A stretch of 64,000 nt of DNA, from the NCBI GenBank assembly GCA_965644315.1, contig CBFFRQ010000031.1, positions 372,001-436,000 on the forward strand, in the 5' to 3' direction. Made by a program: the position numbers and the translations under genes. A model generated the notes under the pieces. It was not told the DNA's origin, did not search any database, and saw only the letters and a program-made list of their open reading frames with translations. Position 1 is the first letter of the stretch. The number at the start of each line of letters is the position of its first letter. Positions 33,701 through 43,800 of this stretch are shown here, one piece after another. This stretch comes from Caecitellus pseudoparvulus (Eukaryota; Protista; Bigyra: Bicosoecida).

Positions 33701-36195
33701 AAGAGCTACCGACCGCGCCACCCTCTGAGCTGGTGCTTGTGGTGTCGCTGTCAAAGAGGGCAACCGGACTCAGGCCGAAGTCCAGATAAGCAGCCAGCCC
33801 AGCCCACGCATCCCTGTCTGGCCTTCCCTTGTGAAGCTCTGCCCAGCTCTTGGCCAAATTGAAGTCAAGGAGGTCACTTGCACGTGCACCATCTTCCTCC
33901 ATGCCAGCAATCACCCTTGAAGCTTCAGACTTGTTGAATAAGACGTACATGTGTCCAGGTACGTCCACTGCACACTTGGCTGCAAGCTCGGCAAGGGTGG
34001 CCAGGTCTCCTGGGAAGTCATGGACAATGACGCGATCGTATGCGTACTGCGGCATGTCCAACGCCACTGGCAGCAGGATCACGTCCACGCAGAGGCCTTG
34101 TTGTGTTTGGGGCGACCCACCAGAGCTTTGGGGTTCAAGAGCTTCCGTGTCACTTCGAGCCAGAGCTTTGCGGACACGCCTGTCCAGCGCGTTTGTCGTG
34201 GCTTCGTCTCGGCACACAACAAGCACCCTTTCGAAGCTCTGGAACTGAGCTAACAAGTTTAATACTTCATCAAAAGAGTGGTGCTTCGTGTCTGCTGCAG
34301 CAGACCTTGGGCGAGCTCCGCTGCTGTCCTTGGCCAGTAGCTTGTGTGTCACATGCACCTGCACCGCAGTCCGGACACTGCGCCTGGCAATGGCAGTGTG
34401 CTCCGGGGCAAGATGCAGGTACGAAAGGATGCGAGGGACGGTGCCTGGCGCAGCTACAGTGCTCGTGGCGAGAACAGGGATGCTTGCTGCTTGGGCAGCC
34501 TGGCTCAGCTGCCTCAGGGGATCACTGTCGACTTGCATGAGTGGCAAAGGACCCGCAGGCAGGTTGATGACTAGTGCCGCAAACATGCTATCTTCACGTG
34601 TCGATGAAGGTATCGAGAAGAACTGCATCGCCTGTGGGATGGACGCAACTATCACGGCCCCTTGCGTCAAGCTTGAATGGAGTGCGGCATCGCTGGGAAC
34701 CATGTCGCCAGCCGACGCACAGGTGGCGACGCAGTCCCCGAACGAGGGCACTTGTCCGACTGCAAGCTTGCGTACCACTTCACAGTTGCAATCAACTTCA
34801 TCGGAGGGCAAGATGCACGCTGCTATTCCACTTACAAGCAGGCGCGACACCTTTGCCCAATGCCGGGATGGACAAGGGCTCGCCAGGAGGAAAACCCCCT
34901 GCAAAGTGCCAGCCAGCAAGCCGAAAAGATCCGCCTGATCGTTATCCAGGGGTGAAATAACAAGCGAGTGCTTCCCTGCACTGATGCTTTGAAGCACTTG
35001 GGCGTGGTGAGGCTGTGGGCTTGCTCGGCCCCCCAGCACCGCCTCGATCGCTGCCGGTTGCCCTCCACCAGCGCCTTCAAAGGCAGCAACTGAGCTTCGG
35101 TCAGAAAGGCAGGACTTCTGGAAGTCCAGAGCCTTGATGAGCGCCGCTGCGTGTGCTCCGGTCGCGGGCTCCACCACTTGTTGGGGAGTGGCCTCTGCCA
35201 CTGTGCCTCCGCCTGCCCCCGAGGCTGGACTGGGCGCTGCAGAGCTCCCAAACCGCCGTGTCTCGATGACAGTTTCCTCTCTAGCCCCTGGAAGTTCAGT
35301 ATCCGCGTCGTCTGAATCCTCAGCTGTGGCTGCCTGCAGCCTGGACGACTTGCGAGAAGCACGTGCTTGGCCCGCTGCTCCTCCGGCCAAGGATGCACAG
35401 TGTCTCGGTTCCAAAGCCCTGAGGCTGCTGTGGCCCTCGCTCAAGAGTGTGAGCATTTCGACTCCAAGGTGTTTGACAACTTCCTGTGCGACTTGAGCCT
35501 TTGTCCAGCCAACAGGATGACGCGAGGACTCCTGTGCTCTGCGATGGACTGCGCTTGCGCCTGCAGCGACGAAGCTCTGGATGTACTCCTCCTTGATTGC
35601 CCATGGATGCCTTCCTGCCAAATTCTGCCTCTTTGCCTGCATATGGAGTGAGCAAAGTGAAGGGGTGAGCGCTTAGGAGCCACACATGGCCACCTACTTC
35701 GTCGAAGAGGAAGCCCGCACCACGCTTTCCCTTGTAGAAGCCGCCATCCTGTACCAAGGCGAAGATTATCGAGTCCCAGGTATCTGTAGGAAGTAGATAT
35801 GTTCCCCCGCTTGACATGAGGTGCACTGTGTCGTGGCTTGCGTCCTCGGGAGGGTCATCTGTGACCTGCAGCGCATCCTCTCGGGCCAGAGTCAGGATGG
35901 ACGACGCCAGAGCGGCAATCTGGGCCTTCACGACATCATCACCGAGGGCATGAGAGTCCCATAGAACTTTACAGTCCTTGATCCTGTTCCATGCTTGCGA
36001 TAAGTCAACTGTGGCAGGCAAACTGCCTCTGGACGTGAGTCTCTGTGATTTCAAACCAGGCCTCTTCATGGAATTGAGCATGATCTGGGCGAGGCGACGA
36101 GAAGCCAAAGCACCAAAGGACACTGAACATGATTTCATGCCCGCAACATGCTTCACGTTTGTGTGGGTGGTGCCTTTCTGGCCAACGGAAGCCAT
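30786..36195 (-). CDS. MULE-family transposase fused to a degenerate RecQ-like helicase (exons 36195-35698 and 35636-30786; ~1,780 aa)
   Basis: YEDDTGG (D1), MMDKC (D2), CHFH (CxxH), NTTNYVES (E), SWIM finger CDC..CKH, and CPFRI..HNH finger. A 61-nt GTAGGT..GCAG intron joins ORF 35320-36306 to ORF 30786-35642 in frame (..FDE|AKRQ..). Confidence 0.85.
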
Positions 36196-36843
36196 TTTAG
36201 GTGTAGGGTACCCGAAACGCCTGTGTAACGCCAGGGGGGAAATGCACATAAGCCCGTATCTCACGACACCTGGAAGTCCCGAAAACAAGAACACGTTCAG
36301 AGGCAACTAGAACACTTGGAGAATACGTTGCAGTGCAGTCAGGGTGTCAATTTTGCATACGAGAGACTCTATCGGCTAATGTTGGCTACCTCGGCGTGAA
36401 AGTAGATCACAGTGTCGTCCCCCCCCACAGACACTGCAGGCGTGCATGTGGGTCCCCCAAACAATATACAAACAAACACACTTTGCTCAAGTCTTTTCTT
36501 ATGACTTGTCAGCATGCTCAGTGCTTCCTTGGGCACTGCTTCGAAGAGTGCGAGCCAAGTCGCTGCGAGCTGAAGGCTACCATTGCAGTTGGTCTTGACA
36601 AGGTGCGTGCGCGGTTTGAGTGCTTGGCGTTCTGAAGTAGGACTTCTAGTGCCAGATCATGAGATGGGCATATTTTTTCCCCTTGTTCTTGCGCGATTGG
36701 AGGCTGCGAGGGCGGTCGGAGTGTGCGGAGCGGGACTTGCGGAAGTCGTGACAGGGACCATTGGCGATACGCCTGGCGCCCAGTGTGGACCATTCACCGC
36801 TTCACTTCGCACTCCTTCCTGTGCAGATTGGACTTTTCTTCCC

Positions 36844-39800
36844 ATGGCGCAGAGTAAACTTGCTCAGGTTCCGCCTGCCGCGAGCAGCTGTGCATCGCGA
36901 GGAGCGCGCAGTGCAACGTCAACGCGAGGGAGGCGAGGCCTCGCCTTGCTGCTTCTGGCCATGTCAGCCCTCCGTGCGCACGCCGGGCTGCCACCATCAT
37001 GCACGCTAAGCGGCTCCACGCTGACTTCCTGCAGCGGCTGTGCGGGGATGGAGGAGGTGGTCATCTCAGGCGCGAACGTGACAGCCATCTCTCCCACCGC
37101 CTTCTCCACCTTGAACTGCACGCAGTCGTTGACGCTGCAAGGGCTGCATGTGACGACATTGCCGGCGTCTGTGCTGACGGGCATGACGAGCTTGGTGTCA
37201 TTTCATGTGGTGTCTTGTCCTCTCGTGGAGCTGCCAGTGTTTGGGTCGCTTTCGAGTCTGCGTGAGGTGTGGTTGGAGAACGTGGAGTTGACTGTGTTAG
37301 ACTGGGGCTGGTTTGACAACACCCCTCATGTGACGAATGTGACTGTGCGGGGCTCGAAAATTTCGCACACATCATATGCTTCTGGCATGACGTCACTGAA
37401 GCACTTGGAGGTGTCGGACAGTCTCATCAGATACATAAATTATGTTGTCATCCCAAGCACTGCTCCATTGATCTCGCTCCGACTGAATGGAAACCTGTTT
37501 GAGCAGCTTGGGAGTAGTGCGCTGTCCCATTGGGGGGCTACTCTTGAGTTTCTCGACATGAGTGACCATCACCTCAACTACATGAGCAGCGGCATGTTCA
37601 ACGGTCTGAGCAACGTCAAGACACTGCTATTCAGGGGCTCACAAGTTAGCGAATTGAGTGACTTCTTCACTCCGCTGACCAGTCTTGAAGTCCTCGACCT
37701 CTCTGACAACGAATTGTACTTCAGCCCTCGCCAGGGCCAGCTGTCCACCACCCTCAAACACCTCAACCTCAGCTACAACGCCATGCAGTCCGTGTACCAC
37801 GATGCCTTCGGCTTCATGTCTGCCCTGGAGACGCTTGATCTATCCCACAACCCCCTCACCTCCCTGCCCGACACTCTCTTCACTCACACGACAGCCCTGT
37901 CCACGCTGGACCTACGCGGCACGCATGGCCTGCAGCTGAGCGAGACGCTGTTGACACCATTGGCCAGTCTGCAGGAAGTGTACCTGTCAGGGGCGTCCAC
38001 AACATTGCCAGTGTCAGCGGCATCGCAGCTGACCGGACTGCAGGCTCTGCATTTGGAGTACTGTTCATCCATCATCGTCGACAGCGCTCTGCTGTCACTG
38101 TTCAGCGGGCTGAGGAGCTTCACATGCATCGCCTGCCGTGTGCGCGAGCTGGGCAGCGACACGTTCCAGGGGCTGAACAGCCTGGAGTCCATCACCATCG
38201 AGCAGAGCGGGCTGCACACAGTTGGGGACGGTGTGTTCGCGAGTTTGCCAGCCTTGCGCCGTGTGGACCTGTCAGAGAACCGACTGTCATCCCTGTCTGC
38301 TGGCGTGCTGGCGGACTTGACCGGTGTCACGCACTTGGACCTGAGCGGCAACCGCTTGACAAGCTTGCCGTCCAGTGGGTGGTCGTCGCCGGCCCTGCAG
38401 TACCTGGACATGTCAAGCAACGACATGTCTGACGTACCGGTCGGGTCGTGGGGCATGACGGCGCTGCGCGCTCTGCGTGCAAGTGGGAACAGTGTGGCAT
38501 CCTTGCCTGCGGACTGGCTGCAAGGTCTGGATCACCTGGAGCTGGTGAATGTGTCGCACAACCCGTTGGCCAGTGCAGGCGATGGTGCGTTCGTGGCGGG
38601 CGGCAGCGGGGCTGGGCTCAGTGTGGACTTGTCACACACGGCTCTGACGGCGTTGCCAGCAAGTGCGCTGGCTGGCGCGTCAGTCGTGCGGCTGGTGCTG
38701 CGGGGCTCGCTCGTGACCGGGTTGGACAGTGGCGACCTGTCGACGCTGGCTGGGCTGTCGTTGACCGAGCTGGACATGTCCCATCTGTCCCTGGGCAGCT
38801 GGCCGCTTGCTGACTGCAGTGGTCTGTCCCTTGAAGTGCTGCACCTGGGAAGTGCTGGTGTGACATCAATACCGGCCGGAGCGAGCGCATGCTTCGGGAG
38901 CCTGCGGGAGGTTGACTTGAGTGGCAATGGGTTGAGTGACTTGCCAATGTTTGTGGGCGCCTCACCGAGCCTGGAGGTGCTGAGCGTGAGTGGCAACGCG
39001 TTGAGCAGCTTGCCGCAGGGTCTGTTGGTGGCATGTGGCGAGAGTGTGCGAGTGTTGGATGTGAGTGGGAACGCGTTGCCTGCGGAGTCAGTGCTGGCTG
39101 AGTTGCGGAGCACTGAGCAGCTGTCTGAGCTGCGTGCGTCAAACTGCTCATGGACGGACTTGAGTGTGCTGGAGAGCATACTGGGTGCATGTCCAACGCT
39201 GCGATCGTTGTCGTTGGCGGAGAATGCGTTTGCGTCGTGGGCCGTGGTGGGTGATGTGCGCTTACCGTCAGGGCTGCGTGAGCTGGACATGAGTCGAACT
39301 CGGCTGCTGGACATGTACTCAACCTTTTGGAGGAGCCCAAACCTGTTGGAGGTGTTGATGCTGGAGGGGAATCCTTTGACACACGTGCCGGAGGCTGCCT
39401 TAGGCGGCTCCCGAAGCTTGAAGAGGTTGTCGTTCGCTTCGTGTGCAGAATTGGACAGAATCGAGATGTCATTTGTTGACTGTCCTGCAAACTTGGAGTA
39501 CTTCGCAGTGCGTGGTACGAAATTGGAAGACATCGGCACGCGATGCGGAGGTGGTCCTTTTGTGTATGATGCGTCAGATTTGAGCAGTGTCGCGAGCGCG
39601 GACTATTTCTTGGACTCATGGACCACCCGAACACTTGCACTGAGTGCCAGCATGTGGAGTCGAGTCAGCCGATACTACCTGCGGCGTTCAGTGATGGAAT
39701 CGGCATTCGCCACCAACGCCACCGCTGACAGCCTGTCTGACTTGGCCTCAGCTCATTGGCTCACATCCATCCACTTTTCTCAGTCTCCACACCTGCAGTA

Positions 39801-40425
39801 CTTGAGTCCGGTGCCCAGCACACTCGCCCCGCTGTCTTTTTTGTCCTTCTCAGACACGGCCTTGACCCATGTGCTGAAAGGTGCGAGCATCGAGCCGCTG
39901 GACATGGTGCCACACATCGCATGGGGCGACGCACCTGGCGCGGTGTCCTGCAGCTCAGCCCCGTCTCACCTGCAATGCTCGATGCAGTTGTTGAGCTCGA
40001 GTGAGTTCTGTGTGTGTGAGGGGGGGCTGCCAGCCTCTCCGACACCGACAGCTTCACCGGCTGCAAGCTCGTCGCCCTCGCCAAGTGTGTCACCGGCTGC
40101 ATCAACCCCTGCTGGCTCCGGCGGAGGTGGCCCAGCGTCACCTTCGCCAACGCCAGCATCTGGCCAGTCCGGTGGAAACTCTCAAGGAGCAGGGCAGGTG
40201 GCTAGCAAGCAGCCAGACAATGAGGGGGCAATCATCGGTCTCAGTGTTGTCGTTGCGGTTCTGGCAGTGGCTGTCATTGCGGTGGCAATCTCTGTCTGGG
40301 GGCGCACAAGCAACGTGACAAGTCCGAAGATGCCTGCCACGAGCGCCAGTTCAAGTGGAGCGACGGCACCTGGTGCCAGTGGGGACAAAGAGACGCATGT
40401 GACCAACCCCATGTCATCGGCCTGA
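36844..40425 (+). CDS. Single-pass LRR receptor-like surface protein
   Basis: Signal-like hydrophobic stretch (LALLLLAMSALRAHA), Cys-rich cap, about 25-30 LxxLxLxxNxL repeats, Ser/Pro stalk, TM AIIGLSVVVAVLAVAVIAVAISVW, short tail without a kinase or TIR domain. Confidence 0.9.
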   Translation: MAQSKLAQVPPAASSCASRGARSATSTRGRRGLALLLLAMSALRAHAGLPPSCTLSGSTLTSCSGCAGMEEVVISGANVTAISPTAFSTLNCTQSLTLQGLHVTTLPASVLTGMTSLVSFHVVSCPLVELPVFGSLSSLREVWLENVELTVLDWGWFDNTPHVTNVTVRGSKISHTSYASGMTSLKHLEVSDSLIRYINYVVIPSTAPLISLRLNGNLFEQLGSSALSHWGATLEFLDMSDHHLNYMSSGMFNGLSNVKTLLFRGSQVSELSDFFTPLTSLEVLDLSDNELYFSPRQGQLSTTLKHLNLSYNAMQSVYHDAFGFMSALETLDLSHNPLTSLPDTLFTHTTALSTLDLRGTHGLQLSETLLTPLASLQEVYLSGASTTLPVSAASQLTGLQALHLEYCSSIIVDSALLSLFSGLRSFTCIACRVRELGSDTFQGLNSLESITIEQSGLHTVGDGVFASLPALRRVDLSENRLSSLSAGVLADLTGVTHLDLSGNRLTSLPSSGWSSPALQYLDMSSNDMSDVPVGSWGMTALRALRASGNSVASLPADWLQGLDHLELVNVSHNPLASAGDGAFVAGGSGAGLSVDLSHTALTALPASALAGASVVRLVLRGSLVTGLDSGDLSTLAGLSLTELDMSHLSLGSWPLADCSGLSLEVLHLGSAGVTSIPAGASACFGSLREVDLSGNGLSDLPMFVGASPSLEVLSVSGNALSSLPQGLLVACGESVRVLDVSGNALPAESVLAELRSTEQLSELRASNCSWTDLSVLESILGACPTLRSLSLAENAFASWAVVGDVRLPSGLRELDMSRTRLLDMYSTFWRSPNLLEVLMLEGNPLTHVPEAALGGSRSLKRLSFASCAELDRIEMSFVDCPANLEYFAVRGTKLEDIGTRCGGGPFVYDASDLSSVASADYFLDSWTTRTLALSASMWSRVSRYYLRRSVMESAFATNATADSLSDLASAHWLTSIHFSQSPHLQYLSPVPSTLAPLSFLSFSDTALTHVLKGASIEPLDMVPHIAWGDAPGAVSCSSAPSHLQCSMQLLSSSEFCVCEGGLPASPTPTASPAASSSPSPSVSPAASTPAGSGGGGPASPSPTPASGQSGGNSQGAGQVASKQPDNEGAIIGLSVVVAVLAVAVIAVAISVWGRTSNVTSPKMPATSASSSGATAPGASGDKETHVTNPMSSA

Positions 40426-40897
40426 TTGTTGGCCCGCGACCGTGCGTGATATTGTGAACCAAGCATGCGTGTGGCAGATGAGCTGTTGCTCCTGAGGCAG
40501 GACCATGAAGCTTGTAATGCATCGCATGCAGAAACAGCGGCAATTTCTTCTTCTGTGACCAGGTGCGTATGACGTGAAATTGTGATGGAGCTGGCAGCGC
40601 AAGCTGTTCGCTTTAGCTAAATTTGCGGGTCTTGACCAGCACACACCGACATACGAGACGGGTGCAAGCAGCTGAAGGTGGACCCTGGAGAGAGATCTTC
40701 CCACTCTCTGCGTTAGCCCCAGCGTCCATGCTGGTTGTGCTCGGCGTTCTTGTGTGACAGCGATCATTGCATTCCTACATCCTCGTCAGGAAGGTGGGAG
40801 CCTAAACAACTGGCAGGCTAGGTTTGGCCACCAAAATGCAGAGCATCTGGAGAGTAGAACAGCCAATATGGACGAGGCATCCAATCGAGGCACGGAA

Positions 40898-43800
40898 TCA
40901 CAGTGCATCTGAGGCCACGACGTAGTCTGAACAGGGTCCATCCTGCCCATCTTCCCTCATGGACGGCGTGAGACCCACACCTTCTAGATCGTCTGGGCAT
41001 GTGTCTGTGACATCAACAGCAGTGCTGTAGTAGCCCTCTTTGCCTGGTGTATCTCCTGTCGCAACGCTATGCAGGCGCGCATCAGCAAAGCCCCACATGG
41101 CGAAGGCTTGGCACTTGGCCTCGTACTGGAGTAACGCTTCACACACAACCCCTGCTCCATCGTCGTTGAGAATCACACTTTCCTTCGTGTAGTATCCAGC
41201 AGGCTTGGTGATTGTGCAGCCCCCGCCAGCTCTGTCTAGACTCTGCACGCGGCCACGTCGGGACTTGGGCAGGCACGCGCATGAGCCTGACCGCAGCAGG
41301 CCAGTGTGCAGCGGCACCTGCTGCAGGCGGTCCGAAGTCTCTGGCCCCCACAGGCCGTCCTCTGTGATGCCTTGTGCTACACCTTCACTAACTCGGTGGG
41401 AATTCACAAGGCGCGGCAAGTCTGCGTTCCACCGGCGCTGGTATGCCAGCACTGTCAGGCGCCGCACATCCTTCCAGCCTTTGGTGCCGGTCTGGCCGCC
41501 GCAAGTGGGGCCTCCTTTGTACCTGAGCACGCTCAATCCTTCTTTAATGTACTGCTGGGTTGCTGGGTGCTGGGCAAGGTACTCGCTTTCTTCAGTGCTC
41601 CAGCCGCCTGTGGGAGGCTGAATCTGGCCAGGTTCCACCAAAGTGCCTTCCAACACCCACCCACTTCGCTGCAAAGCCCGGGCGTACCCCGCATCCAACG
41701 TACTGCTCAAGACCAGCATCGTCGTCCCGAAAGCCATGGACACCCTGCCAACAGAGTGGATGCGCTCTTCCTTGGGCATACTCTTGCTGTCATCCACGGT
41801 GCCGCAGCTTTCATGGGCTGACAGCACGCTGTGCTCCAGCAGCGGCCGCCACATGTGCGTCACATTCATCAAGGTCGGGTTCCAATCTGCGTACATCTCG
41901 TCGGCGATGCTGATGGCGATGTTGCGGTCGGCATTTGACATGCTTTCCACGGTGACGTCAAGTTCCGCTGCCCGCTCGTCCAGTGCTGCTTCCTTCATTG
42001 CGTCGTGAATGAGCTGGCGATACGCGGATGTTGCATGCATGAGGGCCTGTGCAGCGGGACGCTGTAGAAATGGCGCTTCTGCTGCGCGACCTTGCAAGCC
42101 GACACCGGAGGGCGGAACCACGCGAACTAGAGCGCCTTGGTCAAGGCACAGCAGATCGTCTGTGATTTGTGCGTTGAGGCGCGACAACGCAGGCAGGTCG
42201 CAAGCTACGTGGCGCAGCTCAGAATCCTTTGGAGGCAGTCTCCAGGGCTCTGGTAGACTGCTCCACTTTCCGCTGTACAGATGCCTTACGCTTGGCTCCA
42301 CTACCATGGTGACGGGGGGCTCCACGGGAGTCGGCGCGGCATCCCCAAGTGGCTCCCACAACCCAGTAGTCTCATCGAAAGCTTCCAGCTCCCCATCTAA
42401 ATCCGGCATGACTCCACTATCAATGTTGCTCACGTCGACGGTCTTTTTCTTGCAAGGGCTGGTGGACACGCCGCAAGTCTGCACTGCTGGATGTGTGAGA
42501 GGCTGTCCGTTCTCCACGAGTTTGTGGATGCAGTCGGCACGAGCCACGGCATCGTGGATGACTTCCTGCCCAGAGCAAGGGCGAGGAAAACGCTTCTCGA
42601 ACATTTCGAGGAATCGAATGGCAGCCCGGACCAAGAACCGCTTGCAGCGCTTCTCTTTGGGTGGGTGCTGCACGGCAACGCTCGGCCAGAAGGCGCAGTT
42701 GGCGCCGATGGGGAATCCATCTGCTGGAGTCGCTGCCATCGCTTGCTGTGTCGGCCCATCCATGCGCCCGGTCACTCGCAAGACAACGGAGGGGTCCTCC
42801 ATGCCAACATTCGCATTCCACAGCAGCTGAAAGGCTTCCAGCATGGTGCTTGCCGGGAAGGGAGCGATGCCTGTAGCTGCTCCTCTGGCGTCCACGCCTG
42901 GCAAAGCCCACACGCTCCAGGACACACTCTCACCATCCACTTTACTGGGGGCGAAAGGCTGTGCATGGTTCACTTCCCACTGGTAGTCATAGTCACCCAG
43001 AGACAGGGGCATAACGTCTGCCCAAGTCGTGACACTCACCTCGGAGCCGTCCCGAAGCTTGATGGGAACGCTGGCTCCAGTCGCTGTCAAGGGGGTATCT
43101 CCAAGCACAACTGCCGAGCCGGTCTCAAACATGGACAGGCCAGGGAGCTCCACTGCCGTGTTGGCATTCCCTGCCCCGCCGTTGCTCTGCCAGGTGTGCA
43201 AGAAGTGCTGCGTGATGGGGGTGCGCAGGCCTGCCGCAATGGTAAGTTGGGCGCTGGACCCAACGGCAGCCCGTGTCAGCTCCACCTTTCGCCGTAGTGC
43301 TTGCAGCACTGCACGTTGAGCGTATGGAATGACTTTGGCCTCTGAGGTCAGGCGGACCAAGCCAAGGTTGACGAGCAACTGCATCGAGTGGAAGGGGCCG
43401 CCTTCTGTGCACATTAACATGGACAAGATCTGCAGACTGACTTGCCCACCGCATGTGGCAGGGTTGCGGGCGCACAAGTCCACCATTTGAGGGGGAAGCG
43501 GGTCCCGGCTAAAGCCACCGCTGACGCTCGGCACTGGCGCGAGCGGCTGCGGTGTAGTTGTGTCATCCTCGACTTGGACTGAGCGGGCAGCTGCCGAGCG
43601 CTTGAGTAGGTCCTGCAGCCCAGTTCCCCATGCCCTTGTCTCGGCAAACTGTAGGAAGGCGCTGGTGTTACCATTCGGCGGCGGGGCATTGCCAGGAGGA
43701 GGAGTGTATCCGTACAGCGAGGTCGCGCCAACGCGCCCTGCGAGCACATCCGCATGTAAGATGGGGGCCACTACCCGCCCCTGCGTGTCAATGGTCACTC

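Larger units (their letters stand above)
27961..36517 (-). mobile_element. Mutator-like (MULE) DNA transposon; boundaries tentative
   Basis: Encodes a DDE transposase with WRKY/GCM1-type and SWIM zinc fingers and looks less GC-rich than the flanking genes. Boundaries rest only on a candidate 9-bp direct repeat TCAGTGCTT at 27952-27960 and 36518-36526. Confidence 0.6.

Noticed and set aside
28001-36430. CTGTGGGGGG (28001) / CCCCCCACAG (36421-36430) as a terminal inverted repeat
   Set aside because: Only 10 low-complexity bp, does not extend, and has no flanking duplication.
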